This document shows positions 57,098 to 64,000 of a stretch of DNA of 64,000 nucleotides, one piece after another. Both the position numbers and the translations under genes were made by a program. Every line of letters begins with the position of its first letter. Positions within the stretch are counted from its first letter, which is position 1. This DNA comes from a bacterium (lineage in GTDB: Bacteria; UBA10199; 2-02-FULL-44-16; JAAZCA01), in contig JAJZQH010000011.1 in NCBI GenBank assembly GCA_021810905.1, positions 4,358 through 68,357 on the forward strand. The letters are read 5' to 3'. The notes beneath the pieces were generated by a model. It saw only the letters and a list, made by a program, of their open reading frames with translations. It ran no database searches and was not told the origin of the DNA.

Positions 57098-59121
57098 CTA
57101 TTTCCTGCGGCGAGGTCTGAGCGAGGGCGAGGCGTCGATCACCTCGCGGAGCGTGTGCGTGACGCCTGCGAGGTTCATCAACGTCACAGCGGCAGAATCG
57201 AAAGACATCGCGTCAGCCCAGGAAAAGCGGAAGGCATTCCGCTCGCGATAGTGTCCCTTGATCGCGGGCTTGAGGAGGTTTTCGAGATCGATCTCAACTT
57301 CTTCAAAGGGGATGCGATCGAGGACCTCTTCCGGCAGGAACCCCTGACTCACGAGGATGAGGAGCGCCGCAATGCGATGGTGGCCGTTGAGCAGGAGCCT
57401 CGTGCCATTGCCGATCGATTGACTCACCAGAGGAAGACGGTATTGGGAATTGTCATTAAGCGCTTCGTACTGCCATTCACGCGTGATCTCTTCGAGTTGG
57501 ACGTCTGTCGGCAATTCGCCGTGTTTCCATCCGTTTGACTCCAGGCTCAGCATAATTCCGGAGGCAATGGATTGAAGACTGTCGAGATACTCTTCCTGAT
57601 CTTTCACGCCATGAAGAGGAAGAATATCGCTCAGCGGCAACAGACTCACGCCTTTCGATTTTCCTGATCCCATCTCACCGAGTCGTTCCATCATCGTCCA
57701 CTGCCACCTGCTCACTTTCGGCAACGGTCCGTCGGCGCTGACATTCGGAAAAGGTCGCTGCGTCGCAACAGCCCTGGCCTCATAGGCATCCCCCAAACGC
57801 TGCAGGATCTTCCAATCCTGGTAGATCGTTCCGGCAATCCGCCTTGGCTGCGTGTCATAGGCACGCTGAACTTTCCGCGCGGCACGATAGGCTTCATGGA
57901 ACAGACCGAATGAAGAAAGCAGGGAAAAAACTTCAAAGTATCGCAATTTTCGTTCCTCCCAGATTTCATGAAGGTCAGTCAATGAATGAACCTTTCCGAT
58001 ATCGAGATCCTTATCGAGCATGACTTCGGTAACGACCTTCACGGCCTTGATCAAAAGAGGCCAGAGATCCGGCGATGCATTCGGGTAAAGAGAGGACCCC
58101 GCCAGCATATTACCAAGTATGGATGTTACCGCCCTCTTCGCCTCCTCTGGATATCCGGGCATCTCGTCGATTGCCCGGAGCGCGGGAAATTGTTTCAGAT
58201 CGAGCTCTTCGATCTCTTTCGAAAGTACGCGCCGGCCTGGAGGCGAAATCCGCTCTAGCGTCAAGAGCGCACGCACACTCTCTGACGTCAGTTCCCCTGC
58301 TCTCTCGAAGCACTTATCGCTTGACCAGCGAGGATCGAAGAGGGATTGCGACCCCGACTGCTCCATTCTCTCCAGCACTTGATACCAACGACCGGTTTGC
58401 AGAGGCTGGACGATATCGCTGCCGCGAACTTTCCGCTCCAGCACGAGCAGACGAACAAATGTATCGAGCGGAAGATCGAGATTGGCCAGGGCCTTACGCA
58501 TATCTTCGGCCACTTCGGGGAATTCGTGTTGCCACCCTTTAAAACCCCACATGCATTTCAGAAGTTGTTGTTGAGACCTCACATCTCCGATCTGGTGGCA
58601 GAGTTTGATCGTCAAGAGAAGGGGCAATGCGTGTTGATGAAGTCGCATCCAAAAGAACTGACCTTTTGGATCGCATTTTTTTCGCATCTGCTCCCACAAT
58701 CCGAGGCAGTCCTCCACGCACGCATCTTTCACGGCGTTGACCGCCGCAAAGAGCCTCGCGCGCGTATCCGCATCCGGCTGCAGAGAGGAATAGACACCGC
58801 GCATGTGCGGAGCGATCGTCTGGTGTGCATCGGCCGCAAAGATTTTAAATCTTCGACTGGCGTCGGCACGAGGCTCGAATGATAACGCGAGTGGCTCGGC
58901 GACTTCATCGGCTGCCGTCATGAATTGTTCTGCACCATCGGGCTCCAAACCGGCACCATCGAGCGACGGATCTCCACCCAGCTCGGCCAGGTTTTCGGCC
59001 GGCGGCGTCAGGGAAAGCTGGATATTGAGGATCGTCGTCATGACTTCCCCGTTATCGGCGCCTGATCGGGAAAGTTGCGTGTTTTCATCGTTTTTCGTCG
59101 CACTCGACAACGCGCTTTTCA
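57098..59121 (-). CDS. large hypothetical protein (about 675 aa from the MKSAL start) with a C-terminal ParB/Srx-like (DGQHR-like 'NGHHR') domain
   Basis: The C-terminus ...YRLPLVSQSIGNGTRLLLNGHHRIAALLILVSQGFLPEEVLDRIPF resembles the ParB N-terminal / sulfiredoxin fold core. The ORF-track N-terminal extension (to 59245) runs into a palindromic repeat, so I used the ATG/GTG near 59121. Confidence 0.45.
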
Positions 59122-59157
59122 TCACATATAGGACCCCTTTGTTTTTCGGTATATTCT

Positions 59158-59305
59158 TGATCAGTTGGATCGGGACGCCTTCCGAGGCGCTCGGAGGGCG
59201 TCGCTTTCGAAGCCTCGAATAACGCGACGCTCGGAGGGCAGCCAAGCCGCCGGCGTGTGAGGCGGCGCAGGCGTGCCTCGGAAGGCGTCCCGATCCAACT
59301 GATTC
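59158..59305. repeat. roughly 150-bp nested palindrome / MITE-like element with 30-bp inverted arms
   Basis: The arms tcagttggatcgggacgccttccgaggcgc (59161-59190) and gtgcctcggaaggcgtcccgatccaactga (about 59273-59302) are reverse complements. An inner palindrome gcgtcgc...gcgacgc and a duplicated cgctcggagggc are also present. Both strands encode ...SWIGTPSEA in the ORF track. Confidence 0.55.
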
Positions 59306-59334
59306 CTTTCATGCCGGAAACAGAAGGAGCATCA

Positions 59335-60234
59335 ATGAACCCCATGGGCGTCACAGCGGCGTTGGCTACGGCAGTGAGCTGGGCCGCGTGCGCGCTTTTC
59401 TTCACGTCGGCAAGCAAGCGCGTGGGGACGCTCTCGATGAACCACTATCGCACGCTCTTCGGCGCGCTCCTCCTTGCCGCGGCCCACATCGCCACTTTCG
59501 GCACGATCATACCTGTCGCGAATCATCATCAGATGTCGCTGCTCCTGACGAGCGGCGTGATAGGCGTGGTCGTGGGCGACATGCTGCTGTTCCAGTCCTA
59601 TATGGACATAGGCCCCAGGCTCGGCGTGCTGATCATGAGCGTGGGCCCGATAATCACCGCTTTGCTCGCGCGCTGGTTTCTGGGCGAGAGGCTCGGAGGG
59701 CTGGCGTGGCTCGGCATTCTGGTGACGCTTGGTGGAACGACGTGGGTCGTGGCTGAAGAAAATCAGAAGGAGCTGGCGCAGAGACACCAGCACCTCGTCC
59801 GGGGCATATCGTTTGTGATCCTCTCCTCTATCTGCCAGTCAGTGGGATACGTCATGGCAAAACCCGCGATGATGGGCTCGGACGGCGTCGATCCTCTCTC
59901 TGCAACATTCATACGCGTGGCAGCGGGTGCAGTGGCCTTCTGGATAATCGGCTTTGCCAAGAGTCACACCTGGCGCGCGCTCTGCGACTTCAAAAACAAG
60001 CGCGCGATGCTCATGACCTTTGGCGGCGCGGTGCTGGGACCGTTCATCGGAATCTGGCTCTCGCTCTTCGCCCTGAAACTCATCCCCGCAGGGGTCGCGT
60101 CAACGCTCATTTCCACGATGCCGGTAATCATCCTTCCGATGGTCGTCGTGATTCACCGCGAGAAGGTTTCATGGCGCGCAGTCATCGGCGCCGCCATAGC
60201 GGTAGCGGGAGTGGCGATACTGTTCAATTCGTAG
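59335..60234 (+). CDS. DMT-superfamily (EamA-like) transporter, 10 TM
   Basis: The protein is hydrophobic throughout and has two EamA-like halves. I set the start at the ATG at 59335, which has a GAAGGAG RBS 5 nt upstream. The ORF-track start at 59257 lies inside the palindrome. Confidence 0.75.
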   Translation: MNPMGVTAALATAVSWAACALFFTSASKRVGTLSMNHYRTLFGALLLAAAHIATFGTIIPVANHHQMSLLLTSGVIGVVVGDMLLFQSYMDIGPRLGVLIMSVGPIITALLARWFLGERLGGLAWLGILVTLGGTTWVVAEENQKELAQRHQHLVRGISFVILSSICQSVGYVMAKPAMMGSDGVDPLSATFIRVAAGAVAFWIIGFAKSHTWRALCDFKNKRAMLMTFGGAVLGPFIGIWLSLFALKLIPAGVASTLISTMPVIILPMVVVIHREKVSWRAVIGAAIAVAGVAILFNS

Positions 60235-60269
60235 ATCGTATTTTGCAGTTTCGATTCACGATTTACGGA

Positions 60270-61514
60270 TCACGGAATCTGTTTCTTCACCTCTGCCAGC
60301 GAGTCCTTGATTATGTTTGCGGCCTGTTTGAGGTCTTCGTCCGTGTGGCGGTACGCTATGTAGGAATGATGGTACGGCTGCATGAAGAGGCCGCGGCGGA
60401 CCGCCTCTGTGAAGAAGAGCTTGCGCCGCTCCTTGTATTTCTTCTCAGGGTCCGCAGGGAAGGTGATGTAGGGCATTGGCGGAATCCCGGAGAGGTGAGC
60501 CGGTACGCCGGACGAATGGATGATCTCGTGCACGCTCTTGAGGAACGCGGTGCCACGTTCCCAGATTTTCTCGGGGACCTTCTCGCGCTCGAGGATCTCA
60601 ACGGTCTTGAGCGCTGCCACGATCTCCAGGCTGTTCGGGAAGAACGTTGAGGATATGAAGACCTCGCCGTCCGTGAGAGGCTTCATGATATCGCGGCGTC
60701 CGCAGACGATTCCGATCGGATAGCCGTTTGCTATCGCCTTGCCGAAGAGCGCGAGATCCGGCGTCACCTTGTAACGCTCCTGCGCGCCACCCAGCGAAAC
60801 GCGGAAACCGGAGCGTATCTCGTCGAAGATGAGGACCGCGCCGTGTTCGGTCGCGAGCCTGCGCACCCCCTCAAGAAAACCGGGCTTCGGCTCCTCGACG
60901 GGCTTTGCAAGTGGATGCCCCACGGGCGTTATGATTATCGCAGCGACGTCGCCCTTGTTCTGCGCGAGCAATTTTTCCAGGGAATCGATATCATTATAGT
61001 GGAATTCGAACGTGTCTTCGTAGAGCTTGGGCGGGATGCCGCCGTGCGTCTCCACGCACCAGTCATGCCAGCCGTGATAGCCGCAGCGCAGGATCTTTGC
61101 ACGTTTGGTAAACCCACGAGCGATGCGCGTTGCAGCGGTGGCCGCGTCGGAGCCGGTCTTCACGGTGAAGCCCTGTTCGAAGCACGGGATAATTTTCTTG
61201 AGCCTCTTCATCAGTTCATTCTGCACCGGCTGGCAGAGATTGAAGCAGAATCCTCTCGAAGCCTGCTCTGCAACAGCTTCGTCTATCTCAGGCTCGCAAT
61301 GCCCCAGAATGATGGGGCCATAGGCGCAAAGGAAATCTATATATTCGTTTCCGTCAGGATCCCAGATGCGGCCGCCCTTTCCCTTGCTCAGGAAATACGG
61401 ATACTCGCCGGGCACAAAGTTATACGGCCTTCTGATGCCCAGCACTCCGCCGGGAACTAGATCCAGCGCCTCGTTCCATAGCTCTTGAGATTTGGTGAAA
61501 TTGAGTTTGTTCAT
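60270..61514 (-). CDS. class III PLP-dependent aminotransferase, glutamate-1-semialdehyde 2,1-aminomutase (hemL)-like
   Basis: LVPGGV, TRIARGFTKRAKILRCGYHGWHD and IFDEIRSGFRVSLGGAQERYKVTPDLALFGKAIANGYPIGIVCGRRDIM align with the GSA-aminomutase PLP-lysine region. The start ATG at 61514 has a GAGGTG RBS. Confidence 0.8.
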   Translation of the reverse strand: MNKLNFTKSQELWNEALDLVPGGVLGIRRPYNFVPGEYPYFLSKGKGGRIWDPDGNEYIDFLCAYGPIILGHCEPEIDEAVAEQASRGFCFNLCQPVQNELMKRLKKIIPCFEQGFTVKTGSDAATAATRIARGFTKRAKILRCGYHGWHDWCVETHGGIPPKLYEDTFEFHYNDIDSLEKLLAQNKGDVAAIIITPVGHPLAKPVEEPKPGFLEGVRRLATEHGAVLIFDEIRSGFRVSLGGAQERYKVTPDLALFGKAIANGYPIGIVCGRRDIMKPLTDGEVFISSTFFPNSLEIVAALKTVEILEREKVPEKIWERGTAFLKSVHEIIHSSGVPAHLSGIPPMPYITFPADPEKKYKERRKLFFTEAVRRGLFMQPYHHSYIAYRHTDEDLKQAANIIKDSLAEVKKQIP

Positions 61515-61891
61515 GGAAATCACCTCAGATTCACTCCGTGGCATGCCGCTTATGTTTTTTTCGCAATCTGCTGCAGATCCCCGAGAACTTCAACAGATTT
61601 GTTACCGGTCACCACGCAGCACGCGCAGGTCCTGCCACAGCCGGAAGCTCCGTGCCACAAAGGACGCATGGGCCCTCTCCCCTCGGCGGGACGAATCGAC
61701 ACCGAGTGACGATCAGTTCATACGGCTAACGGTAAAACACAAGCTATCGCGTTCCCGTTCGCCCGGCGAGGGAAGAGGACCCACGCTCGCTATGTACCAC
61801 TACGCAATTGTTAACGGCACAGAGCCCACGTAACCTTTGTGGCACAAAGCCCCTTCTTGTGAACCATTTCGTTTCGGTTTATACATTGCGT

Positions 61892-64000
61892 ATGACCCTC
61901 TTTTCGCATGAGATGCACAGGCTGATGGCCAAGCGCATCCGAGAGGTGCTGCTCGTTTCCTCGCCTTACGATCTCTATATAATGGAAGAGGAAGGCATAC
62001 TCGCGGACAGGGTCTCCGACGAATACACGATGCTTCATCTCACCAGCGCGCCGGCGATCACGCGCGTATCTACCGCCGATGAGGCGCTGGCAGCCGTGAA
62101 AAACAAAAATTTCGACCTCGTGGTCACTGGTCTCCGCGTCGGAAAAAAACAGAGCTCTGTGGAGATGGCGCGGGCGATAAAGCAACTGAAGCCTGCGCTT
62201 CCCGTGGTGCTTCTCACTCCCGAGACGGGGCGAGCCGCGGGACTTCTGAAACGAAAGGAATCGTCGCCGTTCGATAAGACCTTCTACTGGCGCGGCGATA
62301 CGCGCCTCTTCCTCGCCATCATCAAGAGCCTCGAGGATCAGCTCAACGCGCCGCACGACTGCCTCATAGAACAGGTGCGCGCCATCATTCTGGTTGAGGA
62401 CTCGCCCCACTTTTACAGCGCGCTCCTGCCGATGCTCTACACGGAGTTAATGGTGCAGACGCGCGAGCTCATCGCTGAGGGCGCGACCGCAGAGGAAAAG
62501 CTCCTGCGAATGATGAGCCGACCGAAGATCCTGCTCGCCTCCAGTTACGAGGAGGCCGCGGAGCTGTACGGTCGATATCGCGACAACGTCATAGGCGTGA
62601 TCAGCGACGTGAGGTTTCCGAAGGGCGGCGGACTCGACCCTGACGCAGGCTACAAGTTCACGCAGCTCGTCAAGTCGGACAATCCCGACATTCCTGTCTT
62701 GCTCCAGTCTCAGGACGTCTCCAACGCGGCGCGCGCCGAATCGCTCGGAGCCTCCTACGCGGACAAGAACTCCGTGCACCTGCTCTCGGAACTCAGGGCC
62801 TTTATCAAGGCATACTTCGGTTTCGGCGACTTCGTATTCCGCATGCCGGACGGAAGCGAGGTGGGACGCGCGCCAACGCTTCTGGTCATGGAGAACATCC
62901 TCCCTTCGATACCGCCCGATTCTATCGCCTATCACAACATGCGCAACCACTTCTCGAGCTGGTTCTATGCGCGCGGAGAGATGGAGCTGGCAGCCAAGCT
63001 GAAGCCTTTGAAGATATGCGAATCTTTCACGATTGAGGACCTTCGAAGGACGCTGATAGAATACCTCAAGGCCGCCCGCATCATACGCCAGCGTATGACG
63101 ATAGCGCGCTTCTCAGAGCAGAACCTCGACCTCTCAATGCCATTCATGCGGATCGGAGGCGGCTCCATCGGCGGCAAGGGCCGAGGCATCGGCTTCATGA
63201 CAAAGCTCCTCTCGGATCCTGAAGTCGCCAAGCGGTTCGAGGGCCGAAGGGTCATGGTTCCCCAGACCGCGGTGATAGGAACCGACGTCTTCGACAATTT
63301 CCTCGATCGCAACATGCTGCGCGACATGGCCGTAGAGGAGACCGACGACGCGAAGATCGCCGCCGCCTTCCTGGCTGGAGAGCTGGACCACAGGATACTT
63401 GCCGACCTCGCGTCTTTTCTCAAGAGAACCGGCCGGCCGCTCGCGGTGAGATCCTCCTCGCTCTCCGAAGACTCGCTTTCCCAGCCGTTCGCCGGCATCT
63501 ACACGACTTACTTTATTCCGAACAATCACCCGGAATTGGAGACGAGGCTTCAACAGTTCGTCTCCGCAATCAAGCTCGTCTATGCGTCCACGTTCTTCTC
63601 CAATCCCAAGTCATACATGGAAGCGAACGGCGTTTCGATCGAGACGGAGAAGATGGCCGTGGCGGTGCAGCAGATCGTTGGCGAAGAACACGGCGGCTAC
63701 TACTATCCCGACGTAGCCGGAGTAGCGCAGTCATATAACTTCTTCCCGGTCGGTTATCTAAAGCCGGAGGACGGAATCGCCGAGCTCGTCATGGGATTGG
63801 GAACCATGGCCGTGCGCGGCGGCCGCGCGTTGCGGTTCTGTCCCCGCTATCCCGCGATACTGCCGCAGTTCGGGCATGCGCGCGATATCGCCGCGCGTTC
63901 CCAGCGCAATTTCCATGCCCTTAAACTGTCCGAGAGCGCACCTTCGCTCTTTACAGACGAAACCGTGACGCTGGCGACGCTTGATCTGACGGCTGCGGAA
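61892..64000 (+). CDS. response-regulator-receiver-like N-terminal domain fused to a PEP-utilising / pyruvate phosphate dikinase N-terminal (PPDK_N, ATP-grasp) domain; partial, runs off the 3' edge
   Basis: Hand translation from the ATG at 61892 is open to the end of the window: MTLFSHEMHRLMAKRIREVLLVSSPYDLYIMEEEGILADRV...FDLVVTGLRVGK... (REC-like), and later ...MPFMRIGGGSIGGKGRGIGFM... (PPDK_N GGKG motif). It is absent from the ORF track because there is no stop in the window. The listed minus-strand ORFs 61811-63553 are its antisense shadows. Confidence 0.7.
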   Translation, partial: MTLFSHEMHRLMAKRIREVLLVSSPYDLYIMEEEGILADRVSDEYTMLHLTSAPAITRVSTADEALAAVKNKNFDLVVTGLRVGKKQSSVEMARAIKQLKPALPVVLLTPETGRAAGLLKRKESSPFDKTFYWRGDTRLFLAIIKSLEDQLNAPHDCLIEQVRAIILVEDSPHFYSALLPMLYTELMVQTRELIAEGATAEEKLLRMMSRPKILLASSYEEAAELYGRYRDNVIGVISDVRFPKGGGLDPDAGYKFTQLVKSDNPDIPVLLQSQDVSNAARAESLGASYADKNSVHLLSELRAFIKAYFGFGDFVFRMPDGSEVGRAPTLLVMENILPSIPPDSIAYHNMRNHFSSWFYARGEMELAAKLKPLKICESFTIEDLRRTLIEYLKAARIIRQRMTIARFSEQNLDLSMPFMRIGGGSIGGKGRGIGFMTKLLSDPEVAKRFEGRRVMVPQTAVIGTDVFDNFLDRNMLRDMAVEETDDAKIAAAFLAGELDHRILADLASFLKRTGRPLAVRSSSLSEDSLSQPFAGIYTTYFIPNNHPELETRLQQFVSAIKLVYASTFFSNPKSYMEANGVSIETEKMAVAVQQIVGEEHGGYYYPDVAGVAQSYNFFPVGYLKPEDGIAELVMGLGTMAVRGGRALRFCPRYPAILPQFGHARDIAARSQRNFHALKLSESAPSLFTDETVTLATLDLTAAE

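Noticed and set aside
59122-59334. ORF-track N-terminal extensions of the genes at 57098-59245 and 59257-60234 (both contain RRRRASEGVPIQLI)
   Set aside because: Both extensions read through the arms of the same palindrome on opposite strands. This is the artefact expected of an inverted repeat, and starts with proper RBSs lie downstream.
61811-63553. Four minus-strand ORFs (199, 167, 177 and 139 aa)
   Set aside because: They overlap and are antisense to a continuous, motif-bearing plus-strand gene (REC-PPDK_N) that was missed by the ORF track because it has no stop in the window.
1-64000. Scan for tRNA, rRNA and CRISPR arrays
   Set aside because: I found no cloverleaf-compatible 70-90-nt segments, no rRNA-like conserved stretches and no regularly spaced direct repeats. 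The only repeat families seen are the REP-like hairpins and palindromes listed above.

Overview
This is a high-GC (about 60-63%) bacterial window with gene-dense coding almost entirely on the minus strand. It is dominated by giant secreted-protein genes. Several real genes are missing from the supplied ORF track because they run off the window edges. I found no rRNA, tRNA or CRISPR arrays.

Main contents, from the start of the window to the end:
- An S8 subtilisin-like lipoprotein with FG-GAP-type repeats runs off the 5' edge.
- A tightly packed minus-strand operon follows: a hybrid sensor kinase, a stand-alone receiver, a small protein, and an M20 peptidase that appears frameshifted. This operon sits in a low-GC island (about 38-45% GC) that also holds a glycosyltransferase-like gene.
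- A second operon consists of an S8 peptidase, a giant (about 3,200 aa) FG-GAP/Ig-like surface protein, and an OmpA-family protein. The peptidase ORF carries an internal sorting-signal-like segment and then a lipoprotein signal peptide. The giant protein ends in thrombospondin type 3 repeats.
- An RHS polymorphic-toxin locus follows. A 3,373-aa ORF is a head-to-tail fusion of two complete RHS units with very different GC content. It is followed by two orphan rhs C-terminal toxin cassettes, each with a small putative immunity gene. A second RHS protein (2,156 aa) has a C-terminal toxin domain with an L,D-transpeptidase (YkuD) HGCIR signature.
- A Ser/Thr kinase with a PEGA domain follows.
- An IS200/IS605-like HUH transposase is flanked by inverted GTGCCAGGCAC repeats, a REP/RAYT-like unit.
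- A four-gene cluster encodes lipoproteins, one with PKD and right-handed beta-helix domains, plus a 409-aa protein.
- A minus-strand triad encodes endonuclease IV, a DUF4143-type AAA ATPase, and a large protein with a C-terminal ParB/Srx-like domain.
- About 150 bp of nested palindrome sits in a divergent promoter region.
- The window ends with an EamA transporter, a hemL-like class III aminotransferase, and a partial receiver plus PEP-utilising-domain protein running off the 3' edge.

All calls come from reading and translating the sequence by eye. No database searches were run.
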